This document shows, piece after piece, positions 51,348 through 60,293 of a stretch of DNA of 64,000 nucleotides (the stretch's first letter is position 1; each line of letters starts with the position of its first letter). Location: IMG/VR virus record IMGVR_UViG_3300045988_168437. One strand, 5' to 3'. This DNA comes from a virus. The notes beneath the pieces are model-generated. The model worked only from the letters and a program-made list of their open reading frames with translations, was not told the DNA's origin and did not search any database. Position numbers and translations under genes: made by a program.

Positions 51348-51725
51348 ATGGATAAAGAAAATTATTTAATTATGACGAAGATATTAAAAAATGAAGGAAA
51401 GACTTTATTAGATTGCAAAGAAGAAACTGTTTCAAATTTTTTAGAATTTATAGGATTTAAATTAACTTTTCAAAGTTCAAAAATTTGTTATCAAAAATAT
51501 ATTGTAATTAACAAATCTCAATATAGAATAACGATATCTCCAAAAACATATAACGAATGTGATATATCTATTTGGAATATTACTAAAAATTCTCCATTTG
51601 AACACACAGAAAAAATAATTTTTGAAGATGGGAAAAGCAGAGTAATTCCTATTTGTAATAAAATTATGCAAGGATTTGAAGACTTAGAGGAAGACTTAAC
51701 TGAATTAAAATTAAAATATAAGTAA
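51348..51725 (+). CDS. hypothetical protein
   Basis: 125-aa ORF. Confidence 0.55.
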   Translation: MDKENYLIMTKILKNEGKTLLDCKEETVSNFLEFIGFKLTFQSSKICYQKYIVINKSQYRITISPKTYNECDISIWNITKNSPFEHTEKIIFEDGKSRVIPICNKIMQGFEDLEEDLTELKLKYK

Positions 51726-51735
51726 GGAGAATAAT

Positions 51736-51978
51736 ATGGATATTAGAGATTTAGAAAAAAGAATAAGTAATGAAATAGAATATGTTAAATTGCTCCTTAA
51801 TGAAAGACTTGATGAAGTGAATATTTTAATAAAAAAAGAATCAAATTATTTACAACCTAAAACAATAGAACAACTAAATTTAGAAAAGAAAATAGTAAGC
51901 AAAGAATTAATTGTATTACAAGAGTTAGAACGTAGAGTTATGGGAAGTTTTAAAGAGTTTAAAAAAGGCAGAGTATAG
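51736..51978 (+). CDS. hypothetical protein
   Basis: 80-aa ORF, SD aaggaga. Confidence 0.55.
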   Translation: MDIRDLEKRISNEIEYVKLLLNERLDEVNILIKKESNYLQPKTIEQLNLEKKIVSKELIVLQELERRVMGSFKEFKKGRV

Positions 51979-51980
51979 GA

Positions 51981-52481
51981 GTGATTGACATAAAAATATT
52001 AGGATTAGATGCATCCCTGTCTTGTACAGGGCGGTGTATATTAGAAAACAATAAAGTAATTTCATATGGTAAAATTCAAACAAAGAAATCAGACTTTGAT
52101 AATGACTTACAGAGATTAAAACATATTACAGACGAAATTGAAAAAATAGCTATACAAAATAAAATTAAAATAGCAGCTCTTGAAGACAGTATCCCAGTTA
52201 AAAGTAGTAGAAGTGTTATGCAGCTTAATATATTAAAAGGAGAGCTTATAAGAGCCTTACAGATGAATCAGATTGACATCGACCTAATATTCCCTTCTTC
52301 TGTTAAAAAACTTGTAACAGGCAATGGGAGAGCCACAAAGGAAATTGTAGCTAAATACATTCAAGAAAACTACATTGACATAGGTGAATATAGCGATAAG
52401 CAAGGAAAGAATAAAACATCTGATATATACGATGCAATAAGTATAGCAATAGCACATAATAATAAAATGTCAAAAGAGTAG
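51981..52481 (+). CDS. RuvC-like Holliday junction resolvase
   Basis: ILGLDASLSCTG, AALEDSIP and DIYDAISIAIAH; start codon uncertain (GTG). Confidence 0.7.
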   Translation: MIDIKILGLDASLSCTGRCILENNKVISYGKIQTKKSDFDNDLQRLKHITDEIEKIAIQNKIKIAALEDSIPVKSSRSVMQLNILKGELIRALQMNQIDIDLIFPSSVKKLVTGNGRATKEIVAKYIQENYIDIGEYSDKQGKNKTSDIYDAISIAIAHNNKMSKE

Positions 52482-52500
52482 GATTTTTCCTACTTTTTTT
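52478..52500 (+). terminator. intrinsic terminator
   Basis: GUAGGA 52478-52483 / UCCUAC 52488-52493, then UUUUUUU. Confidence 0.75.
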
Positions 52501-52501
52501 G

Positions 52502-52530
52502 TTGACATACTATTACAAAAATATTATAAT
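52502..52530 (+). promoter_or_regulatory. sigma70-type promoter
   Basis: TTGACA 52502-52507, 17 bp, TATAAT 52525-52530. Confidence 0.7.
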
Positions 52531-52562
52531 AAACTCATAGAAATAAAAAAGGAGGAATCGAA

Positions 52563-53132
52563 ATGAGCGAATTTCAAGATTTAGTAAAAGGTCAAAAAGT
52601 TGACTTAACAAAAGGAAATCCAGGATTAACTAAAATTCAAGTTGGACTTGGTTGGGATGTAAAAGCAGGAAATGGAGCAGACTTTGATTTAGATGCAGTT
52701 GCTTTATGTTTAACAAATGATAAACTAGTAGATAAATCAGATATGGTATTCTATGGAAATCTTACACATACTAGTGAAGCAATAAAACATAGTGGAGATA
52801 ACCTTACAGGAGTAGGAGAAGGTGTTGACGAGGCTATAAACATAGATTTATCTAAAGTTCCTGATTCAATAAATAAAATAGTATTTGTTGTAAGTATATA
52901 TCAAGCAAATGCAAGAAGACAAAATTTTGGACAAGTCAATAATGCTTTTATTCAATTAGTAAATTCAGAATCTAATGAAAACTTAGTTAAATTTGATTTA
53001 TCAGAAGATTATTCAGTTGAAACTTCTATGATTCTAGGAGAAATATACAGACACAATGGAGAATGGAAGTTTAGTGCTAAAGGAGAAGGAATAGAAGGAG
53101 AGCTTGGAGATGTTAGAGCAAAATATTTGTAA
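52563..53132 (+). CDS. terD: TerD-family stress protein
   Basis: GLGWDV....GADFDLDAVALCL...MVFYGNL...SGDNLTG.GEGVDE.I.IDL..VP..I.KIVFVVSIY; full-length TerD-domain signature. Confidence 0.85.
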   Translation: MSEFQDLVKGQKVDLTKGNPGLTKIQVGLGWDVKAGNGADFDLDAVALCLTNDKLVDKSDMVFYGNLTHTSEAIKHSGDNLTGVGEGVDEAINIDLSKVPDSINKIVFVVSIYQANARRQNFGQVNNAFIQLVNSESNENLVKFDLSEDYSVETSMILGEIYRHNGEWKFSAKGEGIEGELGDVRAKYL

Positions 53133-53139
53133 GAGACTT

Positions 53140-53478
53140 ATGAGATGTCCTAAAAAAAGACGAGTATATGTTTCTGCTAAATATGGAGGAAAACAAGAAA
53201 ATAAAGATATTATAGAAAAACAAATAAAAGAATTAATTGAATATGATAAAGAAATGGGAGTAGACGATATTATTTATATTTCTCCAGTTCATTGTTTCGG
53301 ATATTTGTATGATGTAGTTCCTTATGAAGAAGGACTTGATATGTGCTTAGAATTATTAAAAACATGTGATGAAATAATATTTTTAGATTCTTGGCAAACT
53401 AGCAGAGGAGCTAATGTCGAATATGGATTTGCAAAAGGTATGAGAATGCCAATGTATTATAAAACATCAAGAAAATAA
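53140..53478 (+). CDS. DUF4406 / nucleoside 2-deoxyribosyltransferase-like protein
   Basis: VYVSAKYGG...YISPVHCFGYLYD...CDEIIFLDSWQTSRGANVEYGFAKGMRMP; family call from recollection. Confidence 0.45.
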   Translation: MRCPKKRRVYVSAKYGGKQENKDIIEKQIKELIEYDKEMGVDDIIYISPVHCFGYLYDVVPYEEGLDMCLELLKTCDEIIFLDSWQTSRGANVEYGFAKGMRMPMYYKTSRK

Positions 53479-53506
53479 GACATAAATAAGACAATTGAGA
53501 CAATAT

Positions 53507-53534
53507 AGGGACTGGAGATTTTCTAGTCCCTTTG
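53507..53534 (+). terminator. hairpin / weak terminator
   Basis: 10-bp stem 53507-53516/53522-53531, followed by UUGUAAU (poor U-tract). Confidence 0.4.
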
Positions 53535-53549
53535 TAATAGGAGGGTTTT

Positions 53550-54050
53550 ATGAAAGTTAAAATTAAAAAAACACACAAAGATAGTAAGATACCAGAATAT
53601 AAAAATGGAAATTGGATGGATGCTTATGTTGCAGATGTGGCAATTGTATCTAATAACCAAGATTTCAAAATGAGTAATTTAATATGGACAAGTGAAATAT
53701 GTGAAGATGCAAAAACAATATATGTTCCTAGCAATGCGGTAGTTGTTATAAATCTAGGATTTGCAATAAGTCTACCAGAAGGTAAAGAAATGCACATATT
53801 ACCTAGAAGTGGGACATTCCGTAAATATGGACTTTTACTTACAAATAGCGAAGGCATAATAGACAATAACTATAATGGGGATACAGATGTTGTAATGGCT
53901 ATGTTTTATTCAACAAGACAAACAAGAATTTCAATTGGAGAAAGACTTGTACAATTAAAAATAGAAGATGTTATGGAACAATATGAATTTGAAGAAGTGG
54001 ACGACCTTGGTAATGAGGCTAGAGGTGGTTTTGGAGGAACTGGTCGATGA
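53550..54050 (+). CDS. dut: dUTPase
   Basis: LPRSGTFRKYGLLL, GIIDNNYNGD and C-terminal ARGGFGGTG. Confidence 0.8.
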   Translation: MKVKIKKTHKDSKIPEYKNGNWMDAYVADVAIVSNNQDFKMSNLIWTSEICEDAKTIYVPSNAVVVINLGFAISLPEGKEMHILPRSGTFRKYGLLLTNSEGIIDNNYNGDTDVVMAMFYSTRQTRISIGERLVQLKIEDVMEQYEFEEVDDLGNEARGGFGGTGR

Positions 54051-54409
54051 TTAGTTCAATAAAGAATACAGAACTTGTTAGAATTGCAAATACAAGGCTT
54101 TCTCAAATAACTAGATTTTCTTCTGATTTAAAGGTTAATTACGTAATTTGTGATGAAAAAGTTACAGAATCTAATTGTGATTATTGTCATTATCTAAAAA
54201 CTGTTTGGGATACTTCCACTTTTGAATTACAAAATGCTTTATTGGGAATATATTTAAAATTAATTACAAAAGAAATACTTCCTAAATACGGAAATAAAAA
54301 TTTTGGAAACAGAGATTTTAAATATTTAATCGGAAATGTGCAGCTTGATTTAGATTTCGAGGGTAGACTAATGACAATTAAGTTACCAATAAAATTTGAG
54401 GAGATATAA
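54047..54409 (+). CDS. hypothetical protein
   Basis: 120-aa ORF overlapping the dut stop. Confidence 0.55.
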   Translation: MISSIKNTELVRIANTRLSQITRFSSDLKVNYVICDEKVTESNCDYCHYLKTVWDTSTFELQNALLGIYLKLITKEILPKYGNKNFGNRDFKYLIGNVQLDLDFEGRLMTIKLPIKFEEI

Positions 54410-54411
54410 AT

Positions 54412-55062
54412 ATGGCATTATTAGGAATTGGATATCAAAACAAATGGACTTCTAGATGTATAGTTCATGAAAATAAAGTAATGCAATTAACAAATTTTTA
54501 TAACGAAAAATTTGACGATATTGCTTATACAGTAAGTAAATATATTGAAATGTATAATGTAAATAAAATTCTTTTAGATAAAACAGAATCAGATTTATTT
54601 GAAGAATTATGCAAAGAAGTTGGACCATCAAAAGTATATCAATATGTTAGAGACAAACAAAGAGAATTAGAGCTTTATGATATATTAAAAAATAACTCTT
54701 TTGTTGAAGAGTTAGGACATAAGATTTACAGAAAACAACCAGATTTTTTAGGAGATAAACAACTAGATAGAAGTAAATATACTGATTCAGAAATAGCCAC
54801 TTTAGATGCTATAGATTGGGCATTTTATCAAAAAGAAGAAACACATAAAGCTCCTAAGCCATATAATTATAGCTATTTTGTTTCTTATCATTATAAAGTA
54901 GATGAAGGATTTGCAATTGGAAATACTATTATAGGAAGAAAAACAGAAATAAAAACAGTAGCAGACTTTAGAGACGTAGAAAAAGAAATTCTTGATTATG
55001 TGATAGGAGAGGATTGTGAAGTAGATAAAATAATTATCTTAAATTTCCAAAGAATGGAGTAA
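54412..55062 (+). CDS. hypothetical protein
   Basis: 216-aa ORF. Confidence 0.55.
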   Translation: MALLGIGYQNKWTSRCIVHENKVMQLTNFYNEKFDDIAYTVSKYIEMYNVNKILLDKTESDLFEELCKEVGPSKVYQYVRDKQRELELYDILKNNSFVEELGHKIYRKQPDFLGDKQLDRSKYTDSEIATLDAIDWAFYQKEETHKAPKPYNYSYFVSYHYKVDEGFAIGNTIIGRKTEIKTVADFRDVEKEILDYVIGEDCEVDKIIILNFQRME

Positions 55063-55066
55063 TTAA

Positions 55067-55183
55067 GTGACAAAATACAAAAGAATTATTGAAAAAGGAG
55101 TAATTGGTAGAAATGATTTCTTTGCAATCAATCCTTGTGTAATTTGGAAAGGTTCTGATATTATTAGACACACTACAGGTTAA
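55067..55183 (+). pseudogene. remnant of a third Rep-like paralog (38 codons)
   Basis: VTKYKRIIEKGVIGRNDFFAINPCVIWKGSDIIRHTTG*. FFAINPCVIWKGSD matches the C-terminal YFVVNPILAYKGDD / YFITNPLLIWKGND of the two full-length paralogs, and KYKRI matches the N-terminus NYKRI of paralog 2. Confidence 0.5.
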
Positions 55184-55243
55184 GTCATTTAAAAATAAAT
55201 TAGGTTGCTCTAATTATAGGGCGACCTATAGAAAGGAGAAAAT

Positions 55244-55606
55244 ATGGCAAATGAAATAATAAAAGTCTTAGATAATCTTGGTGAGAAATTTGGTATAGCT
55301 ATAGATTGGTCATCTGCAAATATTATGCCGTATCTTCAAGATTTGATGACAAGAATTGTAAAATATGAAACATACACTAGCATAGCTTGGATTATATTAT
55401 TTATCTTAGGAATATTAATATTATTTGCTATAAAAAAACTTATAAAAGATGAAGAAATTAAAGAATATATAAGCATGGGGTTAGTGATATGGATAGTATT
55501 GTCGGCTTTAGTATTTTCAAAACAAGTACTTGACATTATAGAAGTAAATACAATTCCTGAAAAATATGTTATTCATATGATAAATAATGAATTAGATAAT
55601 GAATAA
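55244..55606 (+). CDS. membrane protein (2 TM)
   Basis: 120-aa ORF, SD aaaggaga. Confidence 0.6.
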   Translation: MANEIIKVLDNLGEKFGIAIDWSSANIMPYLQDLMTRIVKYETYTSIAWIILFILGILILFAIKKLIKDEEIKEYISMGLVIWIVLSALVFSKQVLDIIEVNTIPEKYVIHMINNELDNE

Positions 55607-55653
55607 TTAGACAAAGAAAGAAACAGGTTGATTTTACATAAGGAGGGTATAGC

Positions 55654-56001
55654 ATGAAATTAATGAGTTGTTTTGATAATTTTCAAGCAGATAGAACTTG
55701 TGAATTATGTAAGATTGCAAACCATATGCAATATAGATATTGTAAACAATTAATGCAACTAAAGAAAGAAATTGAAAAATGTTGTCGTGTTTCAGAATGT
55801 GAATATGCAAAAGAAAGATATGAAGAATGGCAACCTTATACCGAATGTGTATATTTTAAATGTGATTGTAAACCTAGAGAACTTTGTATGAAATCAGAAT
55901 ACGATAAAGCCGTTAGTGAATATAATACACTCAAAGAAGGAGCTCTAAAATCAATTAGAAATCAAATAGGAACATATGTTCTTAATGACGAAGGGAGATA
56001 A
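55654..56001 (+). CDS. hypothetical Cys-rich protein
   Basis: 115-aa ORF, SD aaggaggg. Confidence 0.6.
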   Translation: MKLMSCFDNFQADRTCELCKIANHMQYRYCKQLMQLKKEIEKCCRVSECEYAKERYEEWQPYTECVYFKCDCKPRELCMKSEYDKAVSEYNTLKEGALKSIRNQIGTYVLNDEGR

Positions 56002-56004
56002 CTT

Positions 56005-56490
56005 ATGAAGTTACCAAAGTTTAGAGCATGGAATAAAAAACAAGAAAAAATGTATTATAATGTAAGTATATTATCAGATACTAATAGTGTAGCAATTGAA
56101 AATAGTTCTGTTTTGTATTCTAATTGTGGACAATTTTCTTGCTATAGAGAATATTGCATATATGAAACAGATACATTTAAATTTGAAGATATAGAATTAA
56201 TGCAATATATAAACAAAAAAGATATTAAAAAACAAGAAATATATGAAGGAGATATAGTTGAAATAGTTGGAAATCCAAGCATGCATCCGAACCTTTGTTA
56301 CATAGGAACTAAATTTAAAGTCTTCTACAATAAAAAAAGTTGCAGCTTTATGATGCAAGATATCTCTAATAAAAATAATGTACAATACTTCGATTTAGAT
56401 TTAGGAGGGATACCTTCAAAAGATTTACTTGTTATTGGAAATATCTATAAAGATAAAAAGGTATTGGAGGAAAATAATGAGAGAGTATAA
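56005..56490 (+). CDS. YopX-family protein
   Basis: MKLPKFRAWNKKQEKMYY...EIYEGDIVE. Confidence 0.7.
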   Translation: MKLPKFRAWNKKQEKMYYNVSILSDTNSVAIENSSVLYSNCGQFSCYREYCIYETDTFKFEDIELMQYINKKDIKKQEIYEGDIVEIVGNPSMHPNLCYIGTKFKVFYNKKSCSFMMQDISNKNNVQYFDLDLGGIPSKDLLVIGNIYKDKKVLEENNERV

Positions 56491-56860
56491 ATTTAAAGGA
56501 TTTTCTAAGTCAAAAAATGCTTGGATTATTGGATTTGGAGCAAAAGAAATAAGAGTTAAAGAAGAAAATATCGCTATTTTATGTACTAACAAAGGATATG
56601 AACAAGTTTATCCAAATAGTGTGGGACAATATACAGGAATAAAAGATATAAACGGACAAGAAATATATGAAGGAGATTTAATTAGAATGGATATTGACTC
56701 AATGGCAGATTTAGATTCAACTCCTTCTGACTATGTATTTTATGGAGAAGTTAAATTTTATGATGGATGCTTTTATATAGATAATGGAATAGATGCTCAT
56801 TTATTGTTTCAAGAAATTAATCAAATAGAAATAGTTGGACATAAACTTATAGTTCCATAA
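56477..56860 (+). CDS. YopX-family protein (second copy)
   Basis: ATG 56477 after SD ggagga; MREYKFKGF...QYTGIKDINGQEIYEGDLI. Confidence 0.7.
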   Translation: MREYKFKGFSKSKNAWIIGFGAKEIRVKEENIAILCTNKGYEQVYPNSVGQYTGIKDINGQEIYEGDLIRMDIDSMADLDSTPSDYVFYGEVKFYDGCFYIDNGIDAHLLFQEINQIEIVGHKLIVP

Positions 56861-56877
56861 AGAAAAGAGGTGAATTT

Positions 56878-57030
56878 ATGACTTTATCAGGAGTTATTAC
56901 AGTAGTGTTACTTGTATTAAAAGTGTTAAACATAATTAATATTTCATGGTGGATTGTGTTTGCTCCAGTAGTAATAGTTGCATTAATACAAATAATAATA
57001 TTTGTTGTTCTACATTTAATTTTAAAATAA
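56878..57030 (+). CDS. small membrane protein (50 aa)
   Basis: ATG 56878 after SD agaggtga; two hydrophobic segments. Confidence 0.45.
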   Translation: MTLSGVITVVLLVLKVLNIINISWWIVFAPVVIVALIQIIIFVVLHLILK

Positions 57031-57040
57031 GGAGAAACGT

Positions 57041-57205
57041 ATGAAAATGTATGAAATTGAATGGAAATATAAAATATATAATACCATTAATATATCTTTC
57101 GTGGCAGGAAGAAATACTAGAGCTGCGATAAAATCATTTCTAGATGTAACAAAAAACTTTTCTCCAATAATAATTGTTGGAGTTAATAAGGTAAAGGATA
57201 TATAA
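57041..57205 (+). CDS. hypothetical small protein (54 aa)
   Basis: ATG 57041 after SD aaggaga. Confidence 0.45.
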   Translation: MKMYEIEWKYKIYNTINISFVAGRNTRAAIKSFLDVTKNFSPIIIVGVNKVKDI

Positions 57206-57207
57206 AA

Positions 57208-57426
57208 ATGGATAATACTACATTACTAGATAAATACATAGACATAAGAAATAAAGTAAAAAATAATAAATCTGTATCTCAAAATGAATTAATAATAAAA
57301 GACTTATTAGAAACTCTGTTTGATATTATAGAATATAAAACATCTTTAGATAAGTCACATATTTCAGAAGATGTGTTTATAGATAAATTAGATAAGGCTT
57401 TAAATGTAATAGATAAGAAATATTAA
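57208..57426 (+). CDS. hypothetical protein
   Basis: 72-aa ORF. Confidence 0.55.
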   Translation: MDNTTLLDKYIDIRNKVKNNKSVSQNELIIKDLLETLFDIIEYKTSLDKSHISEDVFIDKLDKALNVIDKKY

Positions 57427-57447
57427 GTGTTTAGAAAGGAGAATAAA

Positions 57448-57885
57448 ATGAAATTAACAATAAAGCAAATGGACTTGTTTAAAAGTAAAAGAAAAGTATT
57501 AGTTCATTGTATTTCACAAGATTGTGCTATGGGTGCAGGAATTGCTAAAACATTTGATAAAAAGTTTCCAAACATGAGAAATGCCCTTTTATATGAGTTA
57601 TCTGAAAACAAAATTAAATATCCAGTTTCCATTCCATATTGTGAAAAGGATATGGTTGTTATAAACATGATAACTAAGCCAAGATACTTTAATAAACCTA
57701 CATATTCAGAGTTTAGAAAGGCTCTAATAGAGGTTAAATATATTTGTCTTATGAATGGTTATAAAGAAATTGGAATGCCTAAGATTGGATGTGGGTTAGA
57801 TAAACTGTCATGGAAGAAAGTTGAAAAAATGATAAGAGAGATATTTGACGATACAGATATTGATATATTGGTATGTTGGAAATAA
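57448..57885 (+). CDS. macrodomain (ADP-ribose binding/hydrolase) protein
   Basis: ATG 57448 after SD aaaggaga; VLVHCISQDCAMGAGIAKTFDKKFP...IGMPKIGCGLDKLSW. Confidence 0.75.
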   Translation: MKLTIKQMDLFKSKRKVLVHCISQDCAMGAGIAKTFDKKFPNMRNALLYELSENKIKYPVSIPYCEKDMVVINMITKPRYFNKPTYSEFRKALIEVKYICLMNGYKEIGMPKIGCGLDKLSWKKVEKMIREIFDDTDIDILVCWK

Positions 57886-57947
57886 GGTAATTTAGTTATC
57901 TTGAAATAATAATTTCAATAATTTTCATATTAAAAATATTATTTTTA

Positions 57948-57956
57948 TGCTAATAT
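57948..57956 (+). promoter_or_regulatory. extended -10 element TGcTAATAT
   Basis: Same aTGcTAnnAT element as the promoters at 2704, 18184 and 19616; no good -35. Confidence 0.4.
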
Positions 57957-57980
57957 AATATCAAAAAAAGAGGTGAAAAT

Positions 57981-58715
57981 ATGAAATTTAAAAAGAAAGA
58001 ACAAATAATACTTCTTCTTAATAAAATGAAAAAAAATAATTATGATTTAGATGTTATTAAAGCTAATCCTAATTGTTTTACAGATTCATATTCAATAGAT
58101 ACATACTATAAATCATTAGGGAATATGTTCATTGAAGAAGGTTATTATATATATACAATAAGTCAAGATAATTTTATTAAATGTTATTTTAAAAAACAAG
58201 AAAACAATATTTATGTACTTATATTTGTATCTGAAAAACATTTTAATATATATTTTGAAATAATTTATGATATTGATAAAATTAATGCACAAATAAATGT
58301 TGATGATAAAATTTTTATAAAGAATAAAGAAGAAATGGAACAGGTAATTAAAGAAGTCTCTGAAATGGTTATGGTTCAAATTGCTTGCATTAATTATTAT
58401 GCCACAAATAGTGATGTAACATATTATCAAAAAGTTGAAAGAAAAATAGTAAACAAATATTCTAATGTTTCTAGTAAAAAAAATAAAACAAAGAATAAAT
58501 CTAAAAAAATAACTTTATCTACTAAAGTAATCACTATTCCGAATAATTTGAATAATAATCCAATTAAAAGAAGTTATATCAGAAGAACTGAAAGTTGGAA
58601 AGTCAAAGGTTTCTGGAGAACTTATAAAAACGGTAAAAAAGTATGGATTAAACCTAGTGTTAGAGGAGAAAAAGATAAAAAAGCAGAATCAAATATATAT
58701 GAATTAGAAAAATGA
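57981..58715 (+). CDS. hypothetical protein, paralog of 4634-5368
   Basis: 244 aa, same length and same C-terminal basic motif. Confidence 0.65.
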   Translation: MKFKKKEQIILLLNKMKKNNYDLDVIKANPNCFTDSYSIDTYYKSLGNMFIEEGYYIYTISQDNFIKCYFKKQENNIYVLIFVSEKHFNIYFEIIYDIDKINAQINVDDKIFIKNKEEMEQVIKEVSEMVMVQIACINYYATNSDVTYYQKVERKIVNKYSNVSSKKNKTKNKSKKITLSTKVITIPNNLNNNPIKRSYIRRTESWKVKGFWRTYKNGKKVWIKPSVRGEKDKKAESNIYELEK

Positions 58716-58717
58716 CA

Positions 58718-58746
58718 TTGACATATTTTTATAATTATGATATTCT
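58718..58746 (+). promoter_or_regulatory. promoter of sRNA-3
   Basis: TTGACA 58718-58723, 17 bp, TGaTATTCT (-10 at 58741-58746). Confidence 0.55.
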
Positions 58747-58752
58747 ATATGC

Positions 58753-58886
58753 ATAGAAATATTTTTGCTTTGAGTGAATGTTCTCAAAAATATTACTTAT
58801 TATAGAACACTCTTATTGGCATTTGAGTGTTCCTTTCGCAATAAGAAAAAAATTAGGGACGGGAGTTACCCCGTCCCTTTTGCTTT
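58753..58886 (+). ncRNA. candidate sRNA-3 (inverted homolog of sRNA-1/2)
   Basis: Hairpin 58805-58812/58825-58832 with loop UUAUUGGCAUUU, the same loop as the sRNA-1/2 terminator hairpins; ends at terminator 58855-58886; no ORF. Confidence 0.5.
58855..58886. terminator. bidirectional intrinsic terminator between convergent blocks
   Basis: 9-bp GC-rich stem AGGGACGGG 58855-58863 / CCCGUCCCU 58870-58878; U-runs on both strands. Confidence 0.8.
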
Positions 58887-58908
58887 AGTTTTTTATAATA
58901 TAAAACAA

Positions 58909-59724
58909 TTATCTTTCAAATACTTCTATATATTTACTTGATGCAGTTACATAAATTCCTGATTTAGTAAGATACATATCAGTTCCAGTTCTTTCTATTT
59001 TCTTTACTATAGTTAATACTGTTCCAACTTCAAGTTTTCCACATACAGAATCTTTATTGAAATTTGGAGCATTATGCATATTTATTTCCTTAATTACTCT
59101 TAAGTATTTAGTTTTAGTAGTTGTAGTATTTGGAACTTGAGTTACTTTACCTTTCCCATTTGTACAATTTACTATATCGTTGACTTTTATTTTTCCTTTT
59201 GTTAAATTATAACAGTCTAATTTAAACTGTTCGTATTTTTTAGGATTTAAAACCATATATATTGGACATAACTTATAAGCTCTACCAACAACATCTGTAT
59301 GTCTTATTATATCCTTTTTACAATTTAGTCCTTTTCTATCACATAGCCATGCACATAATTGAACCATACTTCTATAAGTTGCATCTGTATAATGATTATC
59401 TTTACCTGTTGTCGCAACTTCAATTCCAACCGCATATGAATTAGCACTATTTGTAGCATAACACATTTCATTAATTGGTATTAATTGATATATAGTACCA
59501 TCAAGGTCTATTACATAATGAGCAGATGCATAAATATATCTACCATTTACTTTAGTTCCATTTGCAACGACATTGTTAAAGTAAGAGACTGTTGCACTTC
59601 CTTTTACATCTGCTTGACCTGTGTAATGAATGGCAACCTTTGTATAATTTAATGATGTTCCAGGTCTACCATATTTGTTTTTCTTTTGCCATTTTTCAAC
59701 TATTGTTGGTTTTTTAACTGACAT
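58909..59724 (-). CDS. N-acetylmuramoyl-L-alanine amidase endolysin (amidase_2/PGRP plus SH3-like C-terminus)
   Basis: VAIHYTGQ...SAHYVIDLDGTIYQLIP...YAVGIEV...RHTDV....KLCP. Confidence 0.85.
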   Translation of the reverse strand: MSVKKPTIVEKWQKKNKYGRPGTSLNYTKVAIHYTGQADVKGSATVSYFNNVVANGTKVNGRYIYASAHYVIDLDGTIYQLIPINEMCYATNSANSYAVGIEVATTGKDNHYTDATYRSMVQLCAWLCDRKGLNCKKDIIRHTDVVGRAYKLCPIYMVLNPKKYEQFKLDCYNLTKGKIKVNDIVNCTNGKGKVTQVPNTTTTKTKYLRVIKEINMHNAPNFNKDSVCGKLEVGTVLTIVKKIERTGTDMYLTKSGIYVTASSKYIEVFER

Positions 59725-59784
59725 TTAACATCACCTTTCTTTAATTATTTTTATGTAAATTTGTCAACTTATTTTGTTTGATTG

Positions 59785-60192
59785 TTATTTATCTTTATTT
59801 TCAGTTGAATCTCTTAGTTGTTCTAAAACATCTTTTAATGCATCAGGAATAGGAATGAATTCGCTTGCATTCTCTAATAAGCTTATAGATTCATTTGCAA
59901 TAAAAAACATTATAACCATTTCTCTTATAGCAATATTACTTGCAGTTACTTTTTGTATTTCGTATGCAACAGCTATCACTATAAATATGAATACTTTTCT
60001 AATTATTCCCCTATATCCAATTTTGCTAGATAATTTTTTATTATATATAGCTTTTAAAACACCTGCTATATAGTCTAAGACAACCAGAGTTAGCATTGTG
60101 CTTAATAACATATCCCAACCTCCTAAGTGCTGTCCTATGAATCCACCTAATATGGCTGCAAAAATACTTATAGTATTAAAATATTTTTCCAT
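59785..60192 (-). CDS. holin (phage_holin_4_1 / TcdE-like)
   Basis: Three TM segments; LVVLDYIAGVLKAIYNKKLSSKIGYRGIIRKV; directly upstream of the endolysin. Confidence 0.8.
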   Translation of the reverse strand: MEKYFNTISIFAAILGGFIGQHLGGWDMLLSTMLTLVVLDYIAGVLKAIYNKKLSSKIGYRGIIRKVFIFIVIAVAYEIQKVTASNIAIREMVIMFFIANESISLLENASEFIPIPDALKDVLEQLRDSTENKDK

Positions 60193-60293
60193 AAAAATCT
60201 TCCTTTCTAATTTTATTACAATAAATTACTGTTTCTTTCTTTAAACTTCCACCTCCTTTATATAAAATATCTATATTAAAATCCTAAAATAGA

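Noticed and set aside
59262-60073. Plus-strand ORFs 59262-59444 and 59774-60073
   Set aside because: They are antisense shadows of the endolysin and holin genes, which have clear family signatures.
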